A DNA stretch of 64,000 nucleotides from an uncultured Nitrospiraceae bacterium. Its GTDB lineage: Bacteria > Nitrospirota > Thermodesulfovibrionia > Thermodesulfovibrionales > Dissulfurispiraceae. The notes beneath the pieces were generated by a model, which saw nothing but the letters and a program-made list of their open reading frames with translations, did no database searches and had not been told where the DNA came from. Made by a program: the position numbers and the translations under genes. Location: the NCBI GenBank assembly GCA_963727805.1, contig CAVSHF010000003.1, positions 576,001 to 640,000 of the forward strand, read 5' to 3'. Shown piece after piece: positions 40,384-50,664 of this stretch. The stretch's first letter is position 1, and every line of letters starts with the position of its first letter.

Positions 40384-43047
40384 TCACAAAGCGTGCAATC
40401 GCTTTCTAACAAAACGCTTTCTCATGTTATCAGCAATATGCAGAAGGGCGGAGAGCGGAAAGAGTATAAGCCATATGGCTGATTCCAGCGGCGCAGTGCC
40501 GAAAATACTGTTTCCCAGAGGATGGTATATGATAAAGGTTGCCAACAGGACTTCCACCACGATTCCGATATTGATCAGCCTGTTGGAAAATATCCCTTGA
40601 CCGAGCCCCGGCTCCGTGGCCGACCTGCACGAGAACACGTTCCCTATCTGCATGATTACAATGCCCAGAAAAACGGCGGAAGACGCCTGCCGCTGCAGCA
40701 AATGCCCTTGTGGTAAAACCACGCCCCATTGCCAGCCGCCGCGGTACAGCGTGAAGAAATAGACAAAGAGGACGCTTACGGCGCTTATAAGCCCCAGAAA
40801 GATATATCCCCTGAAAAGAAGCGCTCTGTCTATCAGACCGCCTTTGCGGCGGGGCGGCTGTTTCATGCTGCTCGCCTCCGGCCGTTCCGCGCCGAGTGCA
40901 AGGGCGGGGAGTGTATCTGTGCCGAGGTCTATGGCGAGTATCTGCATGACAGTGAGGGGGAGTGGAATCCTGAAAAGTGCGAACATTATATAAGGTAGAG
41001 CCTCCGATGTCCCATGAGAGAAAATATAGGTGATAAACTTTTTGATATTTTCAAAGATGGCCCTGCCTTCCTCAACCGCATTCACGATAGTGGCGAAGTT
41101 ATCATCAAGAAGAACCATGTCGGCAGCCTCCTTTGCCACATCTGTGCCGCTCAGACCCATGGCAATCCCGATATCCGCCTTTTTCAATGCCGGCGCGTCA
41201 TTCACCCCATCACCTGTCACCGCCACCCGCTCTCCTTCATCCTTCAGGACCGACACAATCCGCATCTTATGGTCAGGGGTCATACGAGCAAAGACAATTT
41301 CTTCGGCAAGGGCCTTCTTCAGTTCATCGTCGTTAATACCGTTCAGCTCAGGCCCTTCTATTAAGCGGGGATTTTCTCCCACCAGGCCAATCTGCCGCGC
41401 AATGGCCATTGCTGTGCGTCCAGCGTCTCCGGTGATCATTATGACCTTGATTCCCGCGTCCCCGCATTTCTTCAGCGCCTCTGGGACTTCAGGACGGGGA
41501 GGATCTTCGAGCCCCATAAGCCCTGTAAAAACAAGATTGGATTCCACAAGGGATTCCTCTTTTTCGGAAACGTCTTCTTTTTTATAGGCAAAGGCGATGA
41601 CGCGAAGACCCCTGTCCATCAGGCTCTGGTAAGCCTGCATGAGCGATGCCTTGCTGCTGTCATCAACGGACTTTTCAGTGCCCCCGGAGAGCAGGCGGCT
41701 GCATAAAGGCAATACCGTCTCTACTGCTCCTTTGGTGAAAACAAAGACCTCTCCATTAATCCTGTTCACTGTGGTCATTCTTTTCCGCACGGAATCGAAG
41801 GGGATATCGGAGACTAGTTCAGCAGTGAGATCGCCGTATACTTCCCGCGCTTTCCTTAGCAGGGCAGTCTCTGTGGGGTCTCCCTTGTAACTGCCTCCCG
41901 CATACACTGCATTAGTGCAGCACCATGCGGCCTTCATGAGGCGCGATTCCGCATCCGCGCCATCCATCCATATGTCACTAACTTCCATAATGTTCCGGGT
42001 GAGAGTACCTGTCTTGTCAGTACAGATGACGGTCACCGACCCCAGGGTCTCCACCGAGGTGAGGGTCTTGATGAGCGCCTTCTTCCGCACCATCCTCTGG
42101 CTCCCCATTGCCAGCGCAAGGGTAACAGTGGGCAGGAGACCTTCGGGCACATTGGCTATGGTAATGCCGATGGCAAAGAGGAGATTATGCCAGAAGCTCC
42201 GTCCGGTAAAAGTCCCCACACCGAAGAAAAATATGCCCGTGGTGATGGCGATGATTGCGATGATCCGCGTCACCGATAGTATCTCCTTTTGGAGGGAACT
42301 CAGCCCCTGCTCAACGCCACTCGTTAGGTGGGCGATTTTGCCGAACTCCGTGGCCATCCCTGTGGCAAAGACCACGGCCCTGCCCGAACCGCTTACGACA
42401 AGAGTGCCCGCAAAAACAATATTGGGACTCTCCATTAGATCACCGTCACAGGGGTGGCAAGTCATTGGCTTTGACTCTGCCTCGCCGGTGAGAGGCGCAT
42501 TATTTACCGCCAGGCGGTTAACAGCAATAAGCCGCGCATCGGCAGGGACTTTGTCGCCTTCGCTCAGGAGCATCAGATCGCCGGGGCAGACATCCCCCGA
42601 GAGGACCTCATTGAGAATGCCGTCCCTCATTACCTTTACTTTAAAGGGCATGAGCTTCTTCAGCGCTTCCACCGCCTTATCGGCACGATACTCCTGGACA
42701 AAGGTGAATAGCGCGTTGATGATAATGACCACAACGATAGCAATGCCTAAGGAGAGCATTCCTTCTCCGTGATGCAGGTACTCCGAGAGGAAACTGAGAC
42801 CAGCCGCAATCCAGAGCAGAAGTGCGAGGAAATGAGTAAATTGTGCGACAAGTTTTCGCCAGAGGGGCATCCCCTTTACCGCGCGTATTTCGTTCTGTCC
42901 ATATTCGTGCAGCCGGCGTTCCGCTTCCTCTGCGAAGAGGCCTTTGTCCGACGTATTGAGAAACTTCAGTGTTTCTTCTTTTGAAAGGCTCTGGATGCCC
43001 ATGGCTGTTGCAGCGACCAGGACCTGCGCCTTGTTGTCCCAGCTCAT
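40384..43047 (-). CDS. Cation-transporting P-type ATPase (P2, Na+/K+-ATPase-like)
   Basis: IANVPEGLL, DKTGTLT, TGDGVNDAPALKKADIG, ILAIDLGTD. Confidence 0.93.
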   Translation of the reverse strand: MSWDNKAQVLVAATAMGIQSLSKEETLKFLNTSDKGLFAEEAERRLHEYGQNEIRAVKGMPLWRKLVAQFTHFLALLLWIAAGLSFLSEYLHHGEGMLSLGIAIVVVIIINALFTFVQEYRADKAVEALKKLMPFKVKVMRDGILNEVLSGDVCPGDLMLLSEGDKVPADARLIAVNRLAVNNAPLTGEAESKPMTCHPCDGDLMESPNIVFAGTLVVSGSGRAVVFATGMATEFGKIAHLTSGVEQGLSSLQKEILSVTRIIAIIAITTGIFFFGVGTFTGRSFWHNLLFAIGITIANVPEGLLPTVTLALAMGSQRMVRKKALIKTLTSVETLGSVTVICTDKTGTLTRNIMEVSDIWMDGADAESRLMKAAWCCTNAVYAGGSYKGDPTETALLRKAREVYGDLTAELVSDIPFDSVRKRMTTVNRINGEVFVFTKGAVETVLPLCSRLLSGGTEKSVDDSSKASLMQAYQSLMDRGLRVIAFAYKKEDVSEKEESLVESNLVFTGLMGLEDPPRPEVPEALKKCGDAGIKVIMITGDAGRTAMAIARQIGLVGENPRLIEGPELNGINDDELKKALAEEIVFARMTPDHKMRIVSVLKDEGERVAVTGDGVNDAPALKKADIGIAMGLSGTDVAKEAADMVLLDDNFATIVNAVEEGRAIFENIKKFITYIFSHGTSEALPYIMFALFRIPLPLTVMQILAIDLGTDTLPALALGAERPEASSMKQPPRRKGGLIDRALLFRGYIFLGLISAVSVLFVYFFTLYRGGWQWGVVLPQGHLLQRQASSAVFLGIVIMQIGNVFSCRSATEPGLGQGIFSNRLINIGIVVEVLLATFIIYHPLGNSIFGTAPLESAIWLILFPLSALLHIADNMRKRFVRKRLHAL

Positions 43048-43886
43048 AGACGCTTTCTTCCGGGTCTGAATACTATCAGATTGCAGGGTGTCTCCCTGAG
43101 CACGTCCTCTACCGCGTTACCGCTCAGGAGGCTCTCGAACAGCCCCCGCTCGCTCGCAGCCATGATGATGAGGTCGTTCTTCCTGAAGGCGGCTTCTGTG
43201 GTGATGGAGCGTGCAACACTACCTCGAACGGTCCTTCTTTCGTGCTGTATCTTGTATTGTTCCAGGTGGGATATGAAATCCTCCACACCCTTTGTCGTAT
43301 CCTTCTCCGGTCCGGAATCTCTCTCCTGCTCCCAGCTTTGGAATAACCCGCTTATAGGGCCGGGAAGGTCCAATATGGTGGCACGCGCGTTGAACCCCTG
43401 CGCAAGTTTTGCAGTAAAGTAAGCTCTCTCCTCTACCTGTGATAAATGGCCCTTCAGGGGCACGAGAATATTCCGCGGGTGTGTCCTTCCCATCTCGACC
43501 ACCCGCACCATGGCCACGGAACATGGAAGTTTTATCATGAATTCCCGTGCATCAGTCCTCAGGAATAATCTCTTCTGTAAGTCCTCTCTCCTTGTGGCCG
43601 TAAAAACGAGGTCGATGCCGTGCTCTCTCACCACACCACTGATGGTCTTGAAAGGGGCGCCCTTTACGGTACTGCTCTCTACCTCGATCCCCATTCCCTT
43701 TGCTGCGGCAAAGAGCCTCAAGAGAGCCCCTTCCGCATGACGGAAAGCGTTCTGGCCTATTACCTCTTCAGCCGCGAATACGAGGAAGAGCCTTGACCGA
43801 CATGCTTTTGCGAGGGCTAGGGCATAGCGTGCGGCAACCTCGGAATTGGTAAACTCATTGACGGCCATAAGTATTTTTTTGTACAT
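43044..43886 (-). CDS. Tandem universal stress protein
   Basis: MYKKILMAV start, two USP domains, GNAVEDVLRETPC; overlaps the ATPase start. Confidence 0.9.
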   Translation of the reverse strand: MYKKILMAVNEFTNSEVAARYALALAKACRSRLFLVFAAEEVIGQNAFRHAEGALLRLFAAAKGMGIEVESSTVKGAPFKTISGVVREHGIDLVFTATRREDLQKRLFLRTDAREFMIKLPCSVAMVRVVEMGRTHPRNILVPLKGHLSQVEERAYFTAKLAQGFNARATILDLPGPISGLFQSWEQERDSGPEKDTTKGVEDFISHLEQYKIQHERRTVRGSVARSITTEAAFRKNDLIIMAASERGLFESLLSGNAVEDVLRETPCNLIVFRPGRKRL

Positions 43887-43959
43887 AATTATGTAAAGGA
43901 TAGCATCAACAGGAGGGTACGGCAACACGGGCGGCAATATCAGGGCAAACGCGCTGTTG

Positions 43960-44004
43960 CGGACTTGCACCCATCTTCTCAATCATTGACGGCAAGGTCA
44001 GCCG
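43960..44004 (-). promoter_or_regulatory. Candidate Na+-I (DUF1646)-like riboswitch
   Basis: CGGCUGAC-[hairpin UCAAU G AUUGA]-AUGGGUGCAAGUCCG with CGG/CCG closing, about 75 nt before the USP/P2-ATPase operon. The family match is from recollection of the consensus. Confidence 0.5.
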
Positions 44005-44201
44005 ACCACTATGGGCAGCAGTCGAGAAGGCGATTCAAAAGTTTCTAACGATTATAAGCATTCTTTGTGATCAGTAGGTTTTGCGGAGGTGCAATTAACC
44101 TCCAGTATTGGGCTCGTTTCCAAACGCGGGTGAAACTTTTTGTGGGGTAGAGGTCCATTATCCAAAGTTATTTTTCACCCCGTCTGCGCTTATCAAGATT
44201 T

Positions 44202-44480
44202 CTAAACAGATTCCAATGCCTCCTGATAAAACTTTCTTGCATATTCTTCTACCATTTCCCTTGCGCTGAACACCGGACCTGTGCTTTTCATTGCTTCTTT
44301 CATGATAGTAACCTAATCGCGAGGAATACCATAATCATCAACTTTATAATAGAGAGGGATTACTTCCTTCTCCAGAATACTATAAATGGCTTCCGCATCC
44401 CCGGCATCTCTGCTTTCTCCTTCCTGCCCGGCAAAGGTCCAGCCATTCCTGCCATTGAAACCCTCTATCCACCAGCCATT
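44202..44480 (-). pseudogene. glgP: 3' remnant of an alpha-glucan phosphorylase
   Basis: Reads GWWIEG, then after a frameshift FNGRNGW...DAEAIYSILEKEVIPLYY...GIPRD*VTIMKEAM...FSAREMVEEY. Confidence 0.8.
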
Positions 44481-44970
44481 AAAATTGACTGGTGACGAAA
44501 TTGCCCAATACCTTGCTCAAGATGATTACAATGACAGCTACTACAATATGTTCCAGCACAGCAAGGTAAGGATTGTTACCCTTGTGCACAGCGATATAAT
44601 AGCTGGTGAATGAGATAATAAACAAACCGAGGATCAAACAACAAACAACCGCCGTCTTGAGTGGTAAGGCCAGAACAAAAAGGATAAATATCAAAGAAAC
44701 GATGAATCTTGAAATAAAATTTGTGAATGAGGAAAGCCATACTTCTTTAGCACTCAAGCCCTCTGCTTCCTGATAAATATGGATACCAAGCGTATCGGAA
44801 ATATTATCGGCGACAGCAATGATAAGGATACTGCCAATGATGGTTACCTTGGCATTCAGACTGGGGAAAAGGCCGACGACCAATCCCATGTTAGTAATTA
44901 TGGCAGCGGTGCTCCCAAAGAGGTACTTATTTTTGCGGGAACAGAATTTTTCTTGATTAATCCGTTTCAT
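44479..44970 (-). CDS. VIT1/CCC1-like membrane protein
   Basis: FGSTAAIITN and IAVADNISDTLGIHIYQEAE; five TM segments. Confidence 0.75.
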   Translation of the reverse strand: MKRINQEKFCSRKNKYLFGSTAAIITNMGLVVGLFPSLNAKVTIIGSILIIAVADNISDTLGIHIYQEAEGLSAKEVWLSSFTNFISRFIVSLIFILFVLALPLKTAVVCCLILGLFIISFTSYYIAVHKGNNPYLAVLEHIVVAVIVIILSKVLGNFVTSQF

Positions 44971-45049
44971 AAAGAAGTTACAAGAATATGTTATATCAAT
45001 TCTACTACAAAAAAAGTTCTAACGTTCCTATTCGGGTAATGGATTAGCA

Positions 45050-45095
45050 CAGACCAGTCATGATGAGAGCCGTCCAGCTGCACCATCTCTCCCCT
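45050..45095 (-). mobile_element. Tiny transposase fragment (ISNCY/IS481-like)
   Basis: Translates to RGEMVQLDGSHHDW. Confidence 0.5.
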
Positions 45096-45249
45096 GCTAG
45101 TCTATTGCTTGACAAATGTTGTAGCCTCAGCGCCCCTCGGCAACAGCATATTAACTACAATCCTAGCAGTGGAAGTGCCTGCATTGACGACTGAATGTGG
45201 ATTTTAGATGGGGACGCGCGGTTCCAGGTTTAATCCTGCTCACCCTACT

Positions 45250-45714
45250 CTATGACGTCTCTTTTGTTTTGCATACGATGCTAGGTGGTGGTTCGCTGAC
45301 GACAGCCCAATAGGCTCCTATCTGTTTGATAACATCAATAAAATCATGAAAATCAACCGGTTTAACTACGAAGCTGTTTGCCCCGAGCCGATACGCCTCG
45401 TCTATATCCCGATCTTCACGGGATGAGGTCAGCATTACCACCGGTATGCACTTTAGCTGCGCATCACTCTTCATATCTTTAAGCACTTCAAGGCCGTCTA
45501 TCTTGGGAAGTTTCAGGTCCAGCAGTACAACGACAGGATTACCATCAGTCCCGCCAGCAAACTTACCTCGGTAGTGGATGAAATCCAGTGCTTCTTCGCC
45601 GTCATGGACAACAACAACTTCATTGGCTAGATTCTTTTCAGCCAGACCCGTAATGATCAGTTCTGCGTCGTATGGATCATCTTCGACCAGGAGAATGCGC
45701 TTCAGTTCAGACAT
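45250..45714 (-). CDS. Single-domain response regulator
   Basis: LLVEDD, LDLKLP, LTSS, VVKP; overlaps the end of the upstream kinase. Confidence 0.94.
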   Translation of the reverse strand: MSELKRILLVEDDPYDAELIITGLAEKNLANEVVVVHDGEEALDFIHYRGKFAGGTDGNPVVVLLDLKLPKIDGLEVLKDMKSDAQLKCIPVVMLTSSREDRDIDEAYRLGANSFVVKPVDFHDFIDVIKQIGAYWAVVSEPPPSIVCKTKETS

Positions 45715-48457
45715 GATTACTTACTACCTTGTCTTTTGGAAGAGTAAAGTAAAAAGTGGCGCCCTGTCCCACAGCGCCCTCGGCCCAGACTCTTCCGCCA
45801 TGGCGTGATATGATACGCTTTACATTAGCAAGGCCGATGCCCGTGCCTTCAAATTCATCCTCGGTATGGAGCCGTTGAAATACACCGAAGAGTTTGTCCG
45901 CATGTTTCATATCAAACCCTACGCCGTTGTCTTTGACAAAACAGATGATTTCGGTTCCCTCATCTTTGCAGCCAATCTGGATTACAATCTTGGAACGTGT
46001 ACTTGTGTATTTAACAGCGTTGGATACTAGATTGACAATCACCATCCTGAGCAGCGATTGGTCACCGGACACATCAGGCAGTTCATCAATTTCCCAAACA
46101 ATATCCCGTCCTTTCATTTCATCCTTGATTTCTCGGACAACTCCCCTTACAAGGGTATTTAAGCTGACTTTTCTCTTTTTCAATTCACTACGTCCCACTT
46201 TAGAAAAACCAAGCAAATCATCAATAAGCATTCCCATCTTCTTTGATGCCTTCGCTATTGCAGTCGTATATTTGTATATCTTTTCGTCCTGTTGGTCCCC
46301 CAACTTATTTTTTAGAAGTTCAACAAAACCCGACATATGCCGGAGGGGAGCGCGAAGATCGTGAGAGACAGAATAACTGAAGGCTTCCAGCTCTTTATTG
46401 ACTACCTCAAGATCTGCTGTGCGAGCGGCCACTCGCTTTTCTAGTTCTTCGTTGATCCTTCTGAGTGCCTCCTCTGCCTTAAGCCGCTTTTCCTCGATGG
46501 ACATTGTATCCAATGCAAAAGAGACATCACCTGTCAAAGAGAGAAACAGACGTATTTCTTCGTCGGTAAAGAACTGTGGCGCTGAGGCGTATACCGTCAA
46601 AGCGCCAATAATCCCCGAACTCGTGTGGATGGGGAAAGCTGCAGAAGAATGAAAGCCTCTGCGGAGTAATTTATCTTTCCAAAGAAGCATCCGAGGGTCA
46701 TTCTCAATATCGCTGGAAATTGAGTACCTTCCTTTGAAAACTGCCTGACCTGTGGGGCCTTTTCCTTCAGGCACATCGTCCGCATATATCTTAACGTCTT
46801 TTAGATAACCATCGCTGTCCCCATAGCTTGCAACCGGCTTTACCAATCGAGTGTCCCTATCTAGTAACCCAATCCACGCCATCTTGAATAAACCGTCCTC
46901 AACAGCGATGCGGCATACACTCTCGTACAGATCCTTTGGGGTGCGGATGCGGACAATTGCCTCGTTCACTTTGCTCAACACGGAATACAGCTGATTCAGT
47001 CTGGAAATTCTGCTTTCTACCTGCTTGCGCTCCTCTATTTCAGCTAATAATTCTTCGTTGATGACTGATAGTTCTGCAGTCCTCTTCAGGACTCGCACCT
47101 CTAATTCTGCATTCGATTTCCTGAGAGCCTCTTCCAGTGTCTTGCGTTCGTTTATGTCCTTAATAGCCCCGAATACCCTCACAGACCTGCCGCCCTCACG
47201 CATAACCTTCCCGGAGACCTCCACCCAAATCAATCGGCCCTTGGCTGTAATCAATTCCAGATCGAGAAAAAACTCTTTGCCCTGCTCAATAGCATCATGG
47301 ACTGCAGCACTAATGACCGGCACACTCGCAGGAGTGTAGAAGGCAATAGCTGTTTCAACCGTCGGAGTGTAATCGGACCGTGTTGTATCGTGGATTCTAT
47401 AGGTTTCATCAGTCCAGAAGAGTTTGTTCGCAATGAGGTCCAGTTCCCATCCACCCACGTGGGCCAGAGATTGGGTCTCAGCGAGGATAGATGCCATCCG
47501 ATGTATCTCTGCCTCTACCCTCTTGCGCTCGGTGATATCACGATTGGTCTCCATCACGTGAGCGATGCCGTCGGCACTATATATAAGCTGAAGCCGGGCA
47601 GATACTATTACTTCTCGGCCATCCTTGGTCCGGTGACGAAGTTCTCCTTCCCAATTTCTGTGTTCGATAAGAATAGATTTAATTTGGGACCATGGAATCG
47701 GATGAATGGTCTGGAGCAACTCGTGAGTCACACGGCCTATTGCTTCGCTTTCGGCGAAGCCGTAAAGTTCCTCCGCGCCTCGATTCCAGCTCTCAATAGT
47801 GCCGTCAAGTTGCCATAGGATAATAGCGTCGAAGGAGAGCCATAAAAGGTCAGCCTGTCGGCGGATTGCCTCCTCCGCCCTCTTGCGCTCGGTTATGTCT
47901 GTGATGAACGAATAGAAATACTCTGGGTTGCCGCTCGAATCCGTTATGAGATGGACCAGTAGTTCGATGGGCACACGGCTACCGTCCTTCCGGACATACT
48001 CCTTCTCGTATCTAACTGGTTGCCTAGTGCGAAGTAGCTCATCAAGCCTTATACGCTCAGGCTCCCGCCATTCCGGAGGAGTGAGGGTTGTTGCGCAGTC
48101 CATTTGCCCCAGTTCATCCCTGGTGTAACCGGTTAGTTCCTCAAAAGCTTTATTAACAAGCCCAAGACGCCCATCTGTATATCCGACGCCGAACGGCTGA
48201 CTAGAGTGTTCTAGGATACTTCCAAGGAATTCGTTTTGTCGCTGGCTATTTAAGAGCGCTTTCTCTGAATACTTTTCGAGTTCCCTCTGAGCCTGCTGCA
48301 GTTCTTCATTTTGCATCTCCAGTTCAATCTGATGAATTTGAAGTTCCTGCGTCACGTGCTTGAGGTCGATGGAGGAGAGATTATTCCGTTCCTCTGTCTT
48401 TGCCCGGAATTTCTCTTCAGCTTTTTTGCGAAGATCTACTGGCTTATTTTTAGCCAT
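45707..48457 (-). CDS. PAS x3-GAF histidine kinase
   Basis: ELQIHQIELEMQNEEL coil, three PAS domains, GAF, SHDLRAPLR, FEGTGIGLA. Confidence 0.94.
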   Translation of the reverse strand: MAKNKPVDLRKKAEEKFRAKTEERNNLSSIDLKHVTQELQIHQIELEMQNEELQQAQRELEKYSEKALLNSQRQNEFLGSILEHSSQPFGVGYTDGRLGLVNKAFEELTGYTRDELGQMDCATTLTPPEWREPERIRLDELLRTRQPVRYEKEYVRKDGSRVPIELLVHLITDSSGNPEYFYSFITDITERKRAEEAIRRQADLLWLSFDAIILWQLDGTIESWNRGAEELYGFAESEAIGRVTHELLQTIHPIPWSQIKSILIEHRNWEGELRHRTKDGREVIVSARLQLIYSADGIAHVMETNRDITERKRVEAEIHRMASILAETQSLAHVGGWELDLIANKLFWTDETYRIHDTTRSDYTPTVETAIAFYTPASVPVISAAVHDAIEQGKEFFLDLELITAKGRLIWVEVSGKVMREGGRSVRVFGAIKDINERKTLEEALRKSNAELEVRVLKRTAELSVINEELLAEIEERKQVESRISRLNQLYSVLSKVNEAIVRIRTPKDLYESVCRIAVEDGLFKMAWIGLLDRDTRLVKPVASYGDSDGYLKDVKIYADDVPEGKGPTGQAVFKGRYSISSDIENDPRMLLWKDKLLRRGFHSSAAFPIHTSSGIIGALTVYASAPQFFTDEEIRLFLSLTGDVSFALDTMSIEEKRLKAEEALRRINEELEKRVAARTADLEVVNKELEAFSYSVSHDLRAPLRHMSGFVELLKNKLGDQQDEKIYKYTTAIAKASKKMGMLIDDLLGFSKVGRSELKKRKVSLNTLVRGVVREIKDEMKGRDIVWEIDELPDVSGDQSLLRMVIVNLVSNAVKYTSTRSKIVIQIGCKDEGTEIICFVKDNGVGFDMKHADKLFGVFQRLHTEDEFEGTGIGLANVKRIISRHGGRVWAEGAVGQGATFYFTLPKDKVVSNHV

Positions 48458-48653
48458 TTCTTAATATACCAAGTTTAAGTAAAGAGAATATTGAAATAAA
48501 TCTATATGTACATTATTATAGCTACATTATAGCTACCTAAAGAAAATACTACAAAGAAAAGGTTTTCGGGCCTAATTTATAGAAAGAAGCCGAGAACCTG
48601 ATTTTGAAGGTTTAGCCGATTGCGTTTCAGGCATATCAGCATTCAATGTCATG

Positions 48654-49109
48654 TCATTTCTTTCCCCGCATAATTGCATGAATGAGCTCTTCCAGCCGCT
48701 GCATAAAGCGCGAGCGATCCCTCGGTTCAAAAGGCCGCGGGCCACCGGTTATGGTGCCCATGTCGCGCAGGAATCCCATAAACTCCCGGTTTGCCAATGC
48801 ATCGCCAATAGAGTCTTCGCTGTACACCCTCCCCTTGGGATCAAGCACTCGGGCGCCTTTTTTCAGGCAGCGCGCTGCAAGCGGAATGTCTGCTGTAACC
48901 GCTATATCGGTTTCAGTGATGTGTGTGGCAATCCAATCATCAGCAGCATCGAACCCCTCATGCACGATAATCAGTTCAATGAATTCCTCAGGAGGTATCC
49001 GCATCGATGAGTTGGACACAAGATACACCTTCAGTCGATGCCGCCGGGCAACGCGGAATACCTCATTCTTGACCGGACAGGCATCTGCGTCTATGTATAA
49101 CTTAGTCAT
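48654..49109 (-). CDS. YaiI/YqxD family protein
   Basis: YIDADACPVK, DAADDWI, TADIPLA. Confidence 0.93.
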   Translation of the reverse strand: MTKLYIDADACPVKNEVFRVARRHRLKVYLVSNSSMRIPPEEFIELIIVHEGFDAADDWIATHITETDIAVTADIPLAARCLKKGARVLDPKGRVYSEDSIGDALANREFMGFLRDMGTITGGPRPFEPRDRSRFMQRLEELIHAIMRGKK

Positions 49110-49744
49110 AGCGATACCTTTCATTACGGACAACCATGTCAATCATTATCGCTTGAAGATTTTCCATCAATTATCCTTGTTAACATTCACCATTATAGCA
49201 AAATGCCATAGGCAAGGTTCCCGGAAGTAGTTGCTGCGGAAAGTTTTTTCCCAGGCCTGCAACTTTCGCCCCGTACTATGCATGGCCATCTGGGCGGCTA
49301 CAACTGCTCACTGTCGGGCATGTCAGAAAAGTGTGTAGTTAAGATTGCAATATGCACAAAATGCTATATTTCGCGGGACACCTGAAAATCACTAGAAAAC
49401 CAGTCCGCCGAAAATAAGAAGACTTCAAAAAAGAAGTTAATATCTTAACCCAGCATCGAGAAGTTAAAGCTTACTGTAACACCAGTTGCTGACGCTTTTG
49501 GGGGATTAGAGAAGGCAGTGCATAGTCCAAATTGATATACTTATAGAAATCGTGCGTAACTGTTGCGAAAGATAAAGTATAAAAAAAAAGTCACATCAAT
49601 GTAGGAGCTACAGCGCAGTAAATGGAGGCAGTGTGCCATGCCGTTTTGACTTGGCAACTGGCCCAGTGAAAATGGGATTTGGATTGACATAGGTAGTCAC
49701 GCTCCGATTCTCATGATGTCACACAAGACAACAGGGAGGCTTTA

Positions 49745-50194
49745 ATGATCAAGATACTGTTTCAGACAGAGGATGACAAGGTGGCCCTTATCCTCAGAGT
49801 TTTTTTGGGTGTCGTATTCTTTCCACATGGCATGCAGAAGCTTCTGGGCTGGTATGGAGGGCTCGGCTTCTCCGAGACGATGAATATGTTTACAACCAAT
49901 ATGGGTATTCCCGCCTTATTTGCGTTCCTCGCTATTATGGCCGAGGGCTTGGGTTCGTTGGGCCTGCTCACGGGCTTCTTAACACGCGTGGCCGCCTTCG
50001 GGATCACCGTAAATATGATTGTCGCTATAAAGATGGTGCACTGGCAGAACGGATTTTTTATGAACTGGTTCGGAACCCAGAAGGGCGAAGGCTTTGAGTA
50101 CCACCTCTTGGTCATCGCTATCGGCATAGCGCTGATGATCAGGGGCGGCGGAGCGCTTTCCATTGACAAGGCCCTAGCTGGACATCTTAAATAA
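49745..50194 (+). CDS. DoxX family membrane protein
   Basis: FFPHGMQKL, GFFMNW, GEGFEYHLL. Confidence 0.93.
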   Translation: MIKILFQTEDDKVALILRVFLGVVFFPHGMQKLLGWYGGLGFSETMNMFTTNMGIPALFAFLAIMAEGLGSLGLLTGFLTRVAAFGITVNMIVAIKMVHWQNGFFMNWFGTQKGEGFEYHLLVIAIGIALMIRGGGALSIDKALAGHLK

Positions 50195-50363
50195 TTGCAA
50201 AGCGACCTTTAACACAGTCGTTCGGACCTTCAATGCCTCAAGAAACCGGTGGTGACTGCTTGCGGGAGGCGTGACTTTAGGAAGAAATGTTGCGACAACG
50301 TCCCAATCTCTTCGGTGCACATTATAAATAGGGCCTCTCAATGATAGGTTCTCAATGTCACCA

Positions 50364-50405
50364 GGAAGCAAACAGCTCGGCGACTATGTCCGGCTGTTTG
50401 CTTCC
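50364..50405. terminator. Strong hairpin between convergent genes
   Basis: GGAAGCAAACAGC...GCTGTTTGCTTCC. Confidence 0.55.
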
Positions 50406-50664
50406 GGTAATATAAATTTCAGGAAGCAGATTCTGCTGTATACTTCTGCCTAAAGTCTTGATCGGTTGCGTTGCTAATATTTGCGGAAGACGGCCTCAAG
50501 TCCGCACTTGAGCCATATCAGCACGCATGTGTATTTAAATGCACCTTTTTATCCCTACTATGCAGTCCGTTCTCCCCATAAAGACTCCCAAGGTACAGTA
50601 TCACAAACGGCTAATCCAAAGAGCATTTTCTCAACTCACCTCACAAGCGTATCAACCTCTAGTT

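Noticed and set aside
41915..42772. Long antisense ORFs within the P-type ATPases, kinases and clpC
   Set aside because: Typical antisense shadows of real genes.
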